NCBI RefSeq assembly: GCF_963676685.1
Contig: NC_092352.1
Coordinates: 44,144,001 to 44,208,000 of the forward strand
DNA: 64,000 nucleotides
DNA from: Mytilus edulis
Lineage: Eukaryota
Reading direction: 5' to 3'
A model generated the notes under the pieces. That model was not told the origin of the DNA. It did not search any database and saw only the letters and a program-made list of their open reading frames with translations. Below are positions 1 through 12,075 of this stretch, one piece after another. Position 1 is the stretch's first letter. The number at the start of each line of letters is the position of its first letter. The translations under genes were made by a program, and so were the position numbers.

Positions 1-1
1 T

Positions 2-1527
2 ATCAAACATAAACTAAAAGAACTAGCCAAGGAATTTGTTTTTGTCCCGGCAGATAAAGCTGCTAATAATATTATTATTGTTTGACGTAAATTTTACATT
101 GAGGTTCTGAAAAAGGAAATCACCAATTCACCAACATTCCAACTGACTCTATTTTCAGAAAACGAAATCTGTAACAAACATAAACTTTTAGCCACTGCTT
201 TACAAGCAGAGCCAAATACAATGAAAGTCCCAACTATGTATTGGCTTCCGAAGCTACACAAAACCCCTTACAAATATAGATTTATTTCGTCTTCAAGCCA
301 TTGTTCAACTACTAAATTGTCTATTCTTCTTACCAGCACACTTGGTACAATTAAAAACCTGATAATAAATTGTTCAAATAAGGCCTTCGAAAATAGTGGA
401 ATAAATTACTTTTGGAGTGTCAAGAACTCGTTGGAAGTACTTGATAAATTGCATGCTTATATTGGTGATTTTGAATCTGTTCAAAGTTTTGATTTTTCTA
501 CCCTGTATACCACATTGCCTCACATTCTCATTAAGAAAAAATTCACACACCTAATTAAATGGGCATTCAAAAAATCAGAATGTGAATATATATGTTCAAA
601 CTCTTTTGGGTCATTTTTTAGTAGCAATAACAAAAAAACTATGTTAATTGGACATGCTTTGATACTATATATGCCCTTGAATTTTTACTAGATAACATTT
701 TTGTTCGCTTTGGGGATTCCGTATATCGTCAGATTATCGGAATTCCAATGGGGACTAACTGTGCACCACTTATTGCGGACCTGTTTTTGTATTGTTATGA
801 GTTACAATTTATGACAAAAATAAGCAAAGACCCATCGAAACAACATCTGATAAACAAATTTAATAATACTTTTAGATATTTGGATGATATTTTGGCTCTC
901 AATAATGACGACTTCAGTATGTATATTAATGAAATTTTTCCTGTTGAACTTACTTTAAATAAAGCTCATACTAACAATGACCACTGCCCTTTTCTCGATC
1001 TTGATATCTATATCGCTAATGGAAAGCTGAATACTAAAATTTATGATAAAAGGGATGATTTTTCATTTCCTATCGTTAATTATCCGTTTTTAGATGGTGA
1101 CGTTCCCTTGTCACCATCTTACGGTGTTTATATATCTCAACTTGTACGATTCGCTCGTGTATGTAACACTGTTTTAGATTTTAACGAGAGAAATTTATGT
1201 ATTACTGAAAAATTATTACACCAGGGTTTTCGATATCACAAACTAGTCAAAACATTTACTAAATTTTATCATCGGTATAAAGACATCATTCGTAAATATA
1301 GCTCAACATGCAGACTTCTAATACGTTCAGGTATTTCACATCCAATTTTTTATGGTAATATTCTTTATAAAGCACAAAGGTGTCAGTATTCACCTCAGAA
1401 ACTTAAAAAACCTTTGAATAGACTTATTAAGAAGGGATATAATTACGATACTGTTGTCAAGTCATTAAAGATTGCATATTTTGGCGTTAATATTGAGTCA
1501 CTGATAAGGTCTTTGCATCGGAACTAA
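2..1527 (+). CDS. PLE reverse transcriptase, 5'-partial; in-frame TGA at 83-85 (putative Sec); 1-nt frameshift at about 629
   Basis: Frame 2 reads IKHKLKELAKEFVFVPADKAANNIIIV*RKFYIEVLKKE straight into ORF 221-691. From 631, frame 1 reads QKNYVNWTCFDTIYALEFLLDNIFVRFGDSVYRQIIGIP into ORF 748-1527. Confidence 0.85.
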
Positions 1528-1574
1528 ACACATTTATTCTAAAAACAGTTGTTGGCATGACACGGGTTATGTTC

Positions 1575-1647
1575 TTTTCATATATGTTATGATGGTATGA
1601 TACTAAACCCCTAACGGGAAGGATTGTGCCTGATGTTCATATGATGA
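1575..1647 (+). promoter_or_regulatory. SECIS element (type II) in the PLE 3' UTR
   Basis: ATGA 1589-1592, 12 nt, AAA 1605-1607, apical ministem CCC/GGG, TGAT 1631-1634. Upper stem GGTATGAT/ATTGTGCC; lower stem CATAT/ATATG. Confidence 0.8.
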
Positions 1648-2031
1648 AATCATAATCTTTCAGTCAGTTTAATTGAAGTCTGGAGCTGGCATGTCAGTTA
1701 ACTGCTAGTAGTCTGTTGTTATTTATGTATTATTGTCATTTTGTTTATTTTCTTTGGTTACATCTTCTGACATCAGACTCGGATTTCTCTTGAACTGAAT
1801 TTTAATGTGCGTTTTGTTATGCGTTTACTTTACTACATTGGTTAGAGGTATAGGGGGAGGGTTGAGATCTCACAAACATGTTTAACCCCGCCGCATTTAT
1901 GCGCCTGTCCCAAGTCAGGAGCCTCTGGCCTTTGTTAGTCTTGTATTATTTTAATTTTAGTTTCTTGTGTACAATTTGGAAATTAGTATGGCGTTCATTA
2001 TCACTGGACTAGTATATATTTGTTTATGGGC

Positions 2032-2100
2032 CAGCTGAGGGACGCCTCCGGGTGCGGGAATTTCTCGCTACATTGAAGACCTGTTGGTGACCCTCTGCTG
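2032..2100 (+). ncRNA. Putative four-way-junction RNA motif in the PLE 3' region
   Basis: Closing stem CAGCTGAGGG/CCCTCTGCTG encloses three hairpins, one with a C(UCCG)G tetraloop. Covaries with the copy at 17026-17094. Confidence 0.55.
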
Positions 2101-2504
2101 TTGTTTTTTATTTGGTCGGGTTGTTGTCTCTTTGACACATTCCCCATTTCCATTCTCAATTTTATATAAAATATAAACATCAACTGGACGTTATTGATAG
2201 ATATATGCTCGGTATATCTGTTTGGGAATCTTGATGTTCAAGTACTCTGGCACTGGGTGACTTTTGGTTTTGGCAATAATGTTGCAACTTATAGCGTATA
2301 AATTTATCTAAATCTTGATTATTTTACTATGATTTAGAGATAAAATTAATACATGTACTAGTAAACAAATTTTAGAATAAAAGTTTAAGTCCGAATGGCG
2401 TTCAAGAGATGCAGTCTGATGATTAAAAAAATTAAGAACTTACAAATTGCATTTTAAAAAAACACATCAACATAAAATGTGATTGGAATGAATTCTGTAA
2501 CAAT

Positions 2505-2805
2505 GGGATATCACCAGCTCAGTAGTCATCATTTTTGTGTTGACGTGACTTATCATTAATATAGCCACATCATTCATGTCATTATGAATTAATTGGTTCA
2601 CAATACTTTAAATTTTCGAAATACAAAGGATGTTCGACCTAGCAATAGATGACATTAACTGAATTTTGCAACAACAAAAACGCAACTTTGGGTCCTCAAT
2701 GGTCTTCTTTTTTTTTTTACTTTTTTTATTCGAGAATCACTAATGAGTCTTTTGTAGATGAAACGTACAAAATGGTAATAATCGTATCAAAGATAATTTT
2801 ATTTA
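2505..2805 (+). mobile_element. Degenerate hammerhead/retrozyme-type repeat
   Basis: Same body as 14142-14376 (GGTCCTCAATG...). Core decayed: CTAATGAGTCTTTTGTAGATGAAACG. Confidence 0.6.
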
Positions 2806-2913
2806 CAATTCAACCAATTTTAAAATAAGCATAAAAAGAAAAAGAATAACGATGTTTTTATAACTACCATCATCATAACAGATAATTGTATTTTTATTAT
2901 TTTCATCTTGAAG

Positions 2914-4020
2914 CCGCGGAAAAACAGAAAGACCAGACATGGAGATGGTGGAGAAACAGGGGCTAGTGATATGATGTTAGAAACTCTAGAAAATCAGGTG
3001 TCTGAGACTAAAGATATAATGTCAACAAATATTATAAAGATGCACGAGAGGGAGGGTAAATTAGAGGATCTGGAATCTAGAGCTGGAATTCTGGCGGAAC
3101 AGACGGTAAATTATAAATTATAAATTTGATCCTTTAAAGCTTTAATTTCACTCTTCTTCATGGTTTCAGTTAGATAAACACTACTATAAGTAGAAGCAAA
3201 TGAATTCGGATCAAAAAGAAAATATGTTGATAGGTCGGGACAATAGCAACGCAATTAGTCTAAAAGTGGGGTAACTATCAAAAAAGAACAACTGCACATT
3301 TTCTGATCTCTCGTCCATGATGTTAATATCTTTTTTCAACGGGTTGCAATTGTTTATTCACCATGTTACTAAAAATACCCGTATAAGCTTTAACAGACAT
3401 CGGTACACGCTTTTGAATTTCGAGGCAAGGGTTTGGCTTTATAAATATTTTGATATGAGCGTCACTGATGAGTCTTATGTAGACGAAACGCGCGTCTGGC
3501 GTACTAAATTATAATCCTGGTACCTTTAATAACTATTAAGTTGAAGAAACAAATGTCTGCTATACTCAAAAAAAAATTATTGATCTTTCAATGAAGTTCT
3601 GTTGACGTTATGTAATTTTTAAAACTTATATACATAGCCACTGTAATTGTTTACTAACTTAGTGTGTTTAATAAAATATTAAGATATTACATAATTTGTT
3701 CTCACCCAACTCTCAATGTTTGTAGCATTATAACATCTGCCGATTAATCCCAATACTTGGTGTTGGTTTTTATTAGATTATTTGAAATGTTTGTTTTTGC
3801 TTTGAATATGATAATTTTTCAATTGAAAAAACTTTTTTTATTTTTATCTATTTTTTTGCAGACTGCCGAATTTAAAAAGCTTGCAGTAAAAACTCGACAG
3901 AAAGCTAAAAAGAAGTCTAAAAGAATGACTTATATTTTCGTCGGCGTTATAGTAATTGCAGTAGCACTTATAATCTTAATACTTGTTTTGTATGGAACTG
4001 GTGCTTTAGGTGACAGCTAA
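2914..4020 (+). CDS. VAMP/synaptobrevin-like R-SNARE (exons 2914-3105 and 3862-4020; first exon or start not located)
   Basis: LENQVSETKDIMSTNIIKMHEREGKLEDLESRAGIL resembles the synaptobrevin motif with a zero-layer Arg. Phase-0 GT-AG intron 3106-3861. Basic linker and C-terminal TM helix IFVGVIVIAVALIILILVLY. TAA at 4018-4020. Confidence 0.8.
3460..3501 (+). ncRNA. Type I hammerhead ribozyme (intact core)
   Basis: Stem I CGTCA/TGGCG; CTGATGA; stem II GTC/GAC; GAAA; palindromic stem III ACGCGCGT; GUC cleavage triplet ending at 3496. Confidence 0.88.
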
Positions 4021-5162
4021 TGTGATAAGAAGTGAAGCATGATTTGTGATCATCGAGTAATTATCTTATTATTTTGACAACATATAATATTTCGCAAACA
4101 AGTCTATTGGACAAAAACGTTAATGGTAATAAACAAATTGGGTCCACCTGCCCAAATAAAATATCATAATTTCATAACTCATTTTGGGTTTAAAAAATCA
4201 CAAATTTTCACAAAAATATTTTAATTTGAATGCATTTGCATTTAATCAGTTACAGGCAACACATTTTTGTGAACAATTTTTATAGTTTTCGTACTGTGAA
4301 TTAATATCCTTTTTGGGATACTGTAAATTTATATATGATTGCGGAGTTTTTATAAAATGCGGATATTGCGACTGGATGAGAATCGCAATAATAAGAATAC
4401 GCATTTTTATGTCTGACGCATATATCTGTATGTAATTTTTTCTGAATCGAAATAATCAATTTGCATTTTTGTCCATTCTTCAAATTCTTAGTAATAAATG
4501 AACGCTTTAATGTCTTAATTCAAATTTTAAGATCCTATAGAAAGACGTTTAACTTATTACTAATTATTTGGGCGAGTGGTACCAACTTGTTTTTTTTCGT
4601 ATTGATAATTCGTGAGTTCAACCAAAAGGTAAAACGTAAATACTCAATATAACTCGATTATACTGCCATAGTTCTAGTCAAATTCATTTCTCTCGCATGG
4701 TCGTTCATTTTATATAATTTAAATAAACGCATTCATAAAGACCAAAGATTTCTTCTATTACCACTGACAAGTCTTCCAACAATGCTTGAATTTTTATGTT
4801 TTGTCTAAGCACAAAAGTCACATTATGCTTTACTGTAAAAGAGTATGAGTGTGATGTTTAACTAAATTATTTATTGTATGTACTGGTATATATTTCATTT
4901 ACATTACTTCTGTTCAATTTGCTATTTGTGTAATTGGAATTTTCGAATTGTCATGCAGAGATTAATCGTTGTGCATTTGTTTTACTCATTTGAATATAGG
5001 ACCAATGTCGTATTTATTTTTTTGATAATTAGTAAATGATGAACACGTGTGGCTTGTGTTTAATGATTGAACTTAAAAAGTATCTACAATGTGTACATGA
5101 TACGCAACGTCATGCAACCTATAAGCCATAACGTTGTAAAAACTTAAGAAACTTGTGATGTT

Positions 5163-5290
5163 TAAGGAATGACTGTCATAGGTGTTCTGTCTATGAAGAA
5201 ATAAAATACAAAATTTTGTGTAAATTGAAGTGTCACCATATTTTTTATGTTATTTCGAATAAACAGACACATATGACAGTCGTTCCTTAT
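5163..5290. repeat. Degenerate palindromic element
   Basis: TAAGGAATGACTGTCATA ... TATGACAGTCGTTCCTTA inverted arms. Confidence 0.55.
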
Positions 5291-5525
5291 AATTTAATTC
5301 GAAACTCCATTTTTCGCCGACATAATTGATGACGTCACGATCACATGACAAAATCATGTCTATGCATGAGCTGGTAGACATCACACTTGTATGCCAATCT
5401 GAAGACGCGTTACATTTAAAATTAAATCATTGTTTATTCACTAAAATGAAAACACTCTTACATCGTTTTTAGATCCATTATTTACGTTGTCGTTATTTCT
5501 CATACGGTTTAAGAGATTGATTAAC

Positions 5526-5845
5526 TGTTTGTGTTTAACGCCACTTTCAGCATTATTGGCTTTGCCGTCAGTTTGTATTGGTAGAGGAAGCCGGAGTGCC
5601 CAGAGAGAACCAACATCGGCTGCAAAATTGATAATCCTTTTCAATTAAGATTGGAATAGAACGCATCTGCCACGTGCGGGATTCGAACTCACAACGTCAG
5701 AGTTGACAAATCTGCTTAAAATACAGATAATATGGCTTTAAAGCAAAACTTGGACACATTATCTGTATTTTAATCAGGATGCTGTGTTGACAGGCTTGTC
5801 GTTTTTTAAGATTTATTTACTAGTTAACTTGGCCATCGAGGCCCC
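5526..5845 (-). mobile_element. tRNA-derived SINE interrupted by a small inverted-repeat insertion (5712-5777)
   Basis: Minus strand: A-box-like GGGGCCTCGATGGCCAAG at the 5' end and B-box GTTCGAATC (5680-5688). Body shared with 22505-22745 and 57950-58170. Confidence 0.7.
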
Positions 5846-8222
5846 GTTCATTAAAGAGACGTGAATTATTTATCAAAATTGCATTACTGTTGTAGCAATG
5901 TTGTGTTTAAGTTATGATGAATTATCATATTTGACTTTAATCATTGGACACATTGTACTTGTACCGTAAGGATCCACCACATGTTTTCACTATTTTGTGT
6001 AAGGATTGTATAACTCTGTAATGTGTCAACTGTAGAACATAAAGGCACGGGACGACATAAATTCGACAAAACGTCAAGGAAAAAAGAGTCACAATTTGAT
6101 TTTGAGATATATTTGCGTTTGGAGAAGATTTTTTTTGTGCGTGTTTAATGTGATATTGAACTGTCCCTTTACGTCATTGTTTATCTTTTTTAGTTTTTAG
6201 TTCTATTATTAAATAATAATAAAAACAAATGTTATGCAATGTTTTGTCTTGTAACTTATTTGACAATGTACTTTGTTTAGACGTTACGCACGTTATTGCG
6301 TCAATGCCGTATAATCAACCAGTTCACACTAATAAACAGCTTTTCTATAAAGTCATAACAGTTTAGTTATATTAAATTTATATCAATAGACAAGACAGGT
6401 AAATACTAATCCAAAAAATAATACAAATTATTTTATCCTATTTTACAATATTCTTAAATAAGGACAACATATTGACAAAACGTCAAAAATATGCGTGTCA
6501 GACGTAACAAACATTACAAATAATAAATTTAGCAGGGGTGTTTGTGTTCTTTAAAACATTGTTATATCCGCGAAAATTCGAATGAATGATATGCTTTATA
6601 TATACAGTATTACAATATTACTGAATTTGCGTTACTGTAACGACCAACGCTATGTTTTTGGCAAGAACAAATAGTGTTCATTATGGTCAGATTTAGGAAA
6701 ATGTAAAGTTATTAAAATTTATAGGCTTTAAAATATAAGATTATTAAAAATTTCGTTTGAGTAAATTATGCTTAAAAAAGTACATATATAGACCATTTCA
6801 AAATCGAATTTTTGCAGAACTCACATCACATATAAAAATGCAGCGGCTTCTGGCAAATGTCTTGCACGATGTCCAATATCGGATTTCGCCGCTTTTTACA
6901 AATAAACTGTCATTTGCGACGTTATTTATTGAAAATTTAGATTTGTTTCATTCTAAATAGTGCGTTCCCGTAATTGTACTTTAACTCTACAAAACAGCTT
7001 CATACGTTTTGATAACTTGCGTAGTCAAAACGACTTCATATTTAAAGAAATGAAATGTCTTGAAAGTTTGTCCACTGGACGTTTTCATACGTTTTCAACG
7101 TTGTTGATTCGGCCGGGACGCTATTTATGGTGGATCATCTGTATATATTTCCTCAGATAGTATTTTCATTGTATTCATATACTATCAAAATGACCACCAG
7201 TATATAAAAAAAATCCGATGACTGAGGTTGTTCGTTTATATGAGTTTCTTCAGTTGTGAAAAAGTTGTGTATTACGAGAGAATAAAAAATCATCTTTTTC
7301 AAATTTTCAAATTTGGGAAAGGTAAAACTGCGGTTTTTGTTTATGTCTCTGCAATAAGACTCATATGTTTAGAACTTGAAAACGAAAATAAAATTGGGCA
7401 TGAAGCGTGGCTATATACCTCTCCATGTCATACAAAGCTTGTAAACATATGAGAAGAATATAATTAACCTTTTTTTCTGACAATCGTTTCATTTCTTAAT
7501 CTAATAGTTCCATAATTAAAGAAAGTCAATTCAATTTTATAAGCAAGACCCGTTTAACTTGTAATTCCCGATATTTTTTTTAATTAAAGCAAAATATATA
7601 TCTTCTTTCTTTTCGGATCTAAATTGGGGAAAATTGCATTTTATTACGTTTTATGTCAATTGGTCTCTGATACAGAGTTGTTTCATTGGCACTCATCATA
7701 CCGTAATATCTTTTCATTTCATATAGACTTATGCATTACCAAAATACGATGTATTTTGTTGCTTGTAACTTACGTTAATTTCAGTGGGTAATATTTCATG
7801 CATATTCAGTACAACCAAACATTAAGAAGTCACCATATTGATGTGCAAAACAAAAATTGCGTAATAAAAAATATTGCCAATAATCAATAATCGCCGTAAA
7901 CCGTAAAAATTTGACGTTACCATTTGAGACGCAATATCGTACGTAACGTCTTACAGTTCATGCTAAAAAGGCAGCTTTATAAGTTAATATGAGGTTAATA
8001 TCCTACTCTTGAATGTTACACTCTTCTTAACAAACAAAAAACAAGTTGCAAAACAAACATCAATATTTATTGTGGACTCCCCCATGCAGCTATCTGCATT
8101 GTTCTCTTAACTTTTACATATAGCATATTATCATTATTATAATTATTATCATTATTTAATTTACGTGTATCTTGTATTGGTTAATCAGCAATAATTACGA
8201 TTTAACATGAGTTTTATTTACA

Positions 8223-8590
8223 AACTAGAGGCTCTACGAACATGTGTCACTCACCTAGATGTGTGTGCATATTCAGCAATTGACACTCTTCAACATTGTG
8301 CACTAGTATAAAATTCATGACAAATTCTTTTTGTTGATCTTGTATTAATAATTCTTTTTCTGTTGACAGTTTCTTTTTTCTGTTATGTGCTCTAAACATG
8401 AAAAGCGTAAAAAATAATGTCAATCACTCTTATGAAGGGCCTACTAACGATATCTGTAAAACCTTGACGTTTTTTTGAAGGTCTTGGGTAATTTTTGCTA
8501 TTCAAAGTGTTTATCTATCTTTTATAGTTTTCCAGATAATAGGCAGTAAAATTCAATGTTGATAAAAGTCGTCATTAAAGAGCGTAAGAT
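8223..8590 (+). mobile_element. Degenerate Helentron-like element fragment
   Basis: Begins AACTAGAGGCTCT...GTGTCACTCACCT, like 46853 and 47240. Confidence 0.5.
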
Positions 8591-10524
8591 TCAAAAATAA
8601 TAAACGGTGCACATCCATATAAGAAATAAGGATATAGGGAGGAAATGAAAGATATTTTAGTTCATATATATTTATGAAAGCAATATCGGAAAAGAAATGT
8701 CAGTCAAATGCATTGCTATATTTTCAGAAACATGTCGTTCTACGTGGGTAAAATTTCCAAATCTCTCATTTGCGTATTTGAAGCAATAGAAAGGGTGAGC
8801 TGCTAAAGTCTACATGAGTATTGACTATATTATATACCGAAAATGCGCCCTTCAAAAACATTTAATGTTTCACAAATAATACATGGATACAAAATAATTT
8901 TTTTCTTAAACACTGCAAAAATTTCATTCTGATAGATATAGTGTTATTATCATAAAGTAAACAGCGTTGAAATGAAAACATGGTAAAGCAAACATCAAAT
9001 ACCCTAAAAAAAAATGTTATAACATACTATAGTGCCCCTATTACAATTATTTCATACAACAATGACACGTTAAAAAACGCTTTTAATATTGATTTAACAT
9101 ATCATATATAATGAAATTCAAGAAGAGTCAATAAATAAATTGTCTTTTATTTATCTACACAGTGAAGAAATATGTTTTAGATACAAATTTATATATGGTT
9201 TACCCGTATATCTTTTAACAGACAGGGAATTTTCATATTTTTAAATAGAACTTATTCCACATTATGCAACATATACTTATCTATAAATAACACATACGTA
9301 ATTATGATAAGTATCTTCCAAAAAAATATTTGATTAAATTGATTATTAAGTCATTGAATACTGGAGGATGAGTCAGAGTGTTGCATGGAGTATCACAGAG
9401 CATAACCTTGGCACAGTAAGTGACCTATTCCCCAAATAAGAACACTGTCTGTGAATTGTGGTTCTCAGCATTGTGTACGTAGAAATGTCATAAAATTAAA
9501 TGAGGAAGTTGACTTTACTTACAGTGCGAACACGCAAATAAGGTGAACGGAGGAACAGAACGAGTAATGGAAGGTCAAGAGTAACACTTAATTCCCCCTT
9601 CGACTAGTGCATAAAAACATTACCCATTTATACTAGATATATAAACGAAAAATTAAATCATCAATGTCAAAAATATAACCGGGAAAGGATTTGCGGGTAC
9701 AACTACCATTGCTTTTCAAATTGTTGTAAAAATCGAATGAAAGTAAGAACATTGTACTCTCCACTTGCTATATAATTATCGGTAGGGATGAGCCGCTGGA
9801 ATAGGTCACTTTTTCATGCTCTATGATATATGAAAAGGGTGAGAAATTCAGATTAAATTTATCAATAGGTTGATATTACCACTTGCTTGATTATATCATA
9901 AATATCTGAAACTAATCAGATGTCCGTATTTATTCTTGATGCAGTTAAACCACAGTCGTAAATGAATTTAAGTTATTTGTCAAACCAATTAAACTCTATT
10001 TATTCTGATGTGGTATTTCCACTGATGCCAGTGATAGATGCAATAAATCCAACTATTTTGACATTTGCACCTTATTAACATTCAAGGGTTTGTATACATA
10101 AAACATGATAACACCTATTTAAAGAAATTCCATTGTCCTTTACGATGAACGGCAATGAAACTATTTATCAGTTTTCAAAATAACTTAGAATGTCACTTTC
10201 TTTTTCCTCACTTACTTGAGAATACGAACTTTGCGTAAGAAAAATCGGGTCCCACTCTAACAAATCTATATCATCCATGGTCGTAATGCGGATTTACTTT
10301 TAATATAACTGGACAATGATAACACACTTTTATATCTTAATTAGTGAGTTTTATTTTAGTGAATTATTTTCACCTTATTTGCATATACATTATAATTTAA
10401 ATGTTAGGCGTGGTTATAACCAAAATAATTTGAGCAGAATCTCCCACTTTAATGATCGGTAAGATAGGATAGAAATTTCTGCAAAATTGTAAAAAAAAAA
10501 ATATTTTTCGACGGTATATAAGTC

Positions 10525-10684
10525 AGATAATGCATATTTTAAGGTTTTTCTTGTCGTAGAACACACCTCGGGGTGTCAGGACTGCCCAAAGAAAGACCTC
10601 CCTTCGGTCGGTCTTTCATTTGATCAATCCTGACACCCCTCGGTGTGTTCTACGACAAGAAAAACCTTAAAATATGCATTATCT
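10525..10684. repeat. 160-bp near-perfect hairpin element
   Basis: AGATAATGCATATTTTAAGGTTTTTCTTGTCGTAGAACACACC followed by its reverse complement; CTTCGG at the centre. Confidence 0.85.
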
Positions 10685-11720
10685 ATAACTTAATTAATAT
10701 TTAAACATGTTAAAATCAGTGAAGATGTTACACTCTGGGGTGATATTACATTTATCTGACCATAGATGTAATACCATCTATGATCTGACCTAACGTCTTT
10801 TATATGTATTGTATTTTGGATGTGACGAATTTATTGGAAAAGAAGGTGATATTATTGCGACTATTTTTTTTCTTAACAAGAACGTGATGATGAGCGGGAA
10901 AAATATTGAAATATATCTATAGGTCTATTTTTTGTTAATTAATATATGGCAAGGTATATATTTTTGATTAACAAAATATATGAAAAGGGTGGGGTACTTG
11001 ATGTCTGAGCTGCTCGACCCTACCAAAAAAAGTTTGAAGTGCCCCCCCCCCCCCCCCCGAGACATTGTATAATATTTTCTCTCTCTTTATGCACAGGTAA
11101 CCACTTCTTTTTGCAACGTTTTTGAGTCATCGTTAATCACCTGTTTTTTTATTTTTAAATACTATCTAACTAGGTTTTTCCGTTAAGTTTTTGCTTGAGA
11201 CTTTTTTTCTCGAGCTTGGACACTATTTCTTTAAAACTGGTAAGTTGTACTCTAGTTTCATTGTATTCGTGTTCAATACTCATTTCTTAACAGTTTGATT
11301 ATGGTTCGGTTATAGACTCAAACATGTATAAATTCTTAGAAACCATATTTTTGTATGTTGGCAAATCTAAATATTTGTAGAATGTTTTTCATGGTTTTTA
11401 AAGGTTCATTTTCACCTGTATGGTTTGGATTATGTTAAATTCACGTATGGGTTTCATTGGCATAAGTGTGATTTTTCAATTACGCGCGTGGACTTATTTG
11501 TGTAGAACCGTTTTCTACCCAGCTGGCGTGGGCCTTCACACCTAAATTAATCTATAGTTTATTTTATTATGATGCTATTTAGGGGTTGAGTATGCGTTTT
11601 CTAGGGGCTTTCCTGTATAATCACATTCTCATTGTTTTATAAATTGACTTTATATTGCGTCTGGTGTGTATTACATGATCAAGCTTGCCTGCGCACAGTT
11701 CTATGTCTAGTGTTTTTACA

Positions 11721-12075
11721 AAAGGTGAAACCAATATTTACAGGCGAGATAGTTGTTATTATTTCTAAAACGGTAGGAAATCTTTGTCCCGTTAAGTTGT
11801 TGTTAAAATATAAACAATCAGCTAATATTGACTGATTGCAGCAAAAATTTCCACTTTCATATACAAGGGCACGATCGATTTTGCTTGAAGCTCATGAATC
11901 TTTAGGATTAGATCAGAGTAAATTTGGTTTACATAGTAAATGAAGTGTTGCTGCTTCTAGTGCAGCAAATTTGGTTTTTCAGTGAGATTACTTAAAACTC
12001 GTAGTTGTTTGGCATCTGATGGGTCTAAATATAGTTACATTAAAGATAATATACAATCACAAATGGCAGTTTCAA
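11721..12075 (+). pseudogene. Tyrosine recombinase relic of a DIRS/Ngaro-type retrotransposon
   Basis: Broken translation: KGETNIYRR..VIISKTVGNLCPVKLLLKY..PLSYTRARSILLEAHESLGLDQSKFGLHSK*SVAASSAANL..SERLLKT..ASDGSKYSYIKD, matching the YR FGLHSLRSGGA..HGRW..Y pattern. Confidence 0.75.

Larger units (their letters stand above)
1..2166 (+). mobile_element. Penelope-like retroelement (N-terminal-endonuclease Naiad type), 3' part: RT ORF plus 3' UTR/pseudo-LTR region
   Basis: PLE RT motifs VPADKAANN, YWLPKLHK, FDFSTLYT, QIIGIPMGTNCAP, FRYLDD, FLDL, YDKRDDF. Long insertion between motifs A and B'. ORF ends at 1527 with no C-terminal GIY-YIG. The 3' region recurs at 16876-17160. Confidence 0.88.

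Noticed and set aside
2001-2183. Short ORFs here and at 3317, 13229, 15551, 17046, 19038 and 26196
   Set aside because: They lie within non-coding repeats and show no protein motifs or splice support.
5960-7145. Possible TIR element (GATCCACCA / TGGTGGATC)
   Set aside because: The inverted match is too short and no TSD or transposase is recognisable.
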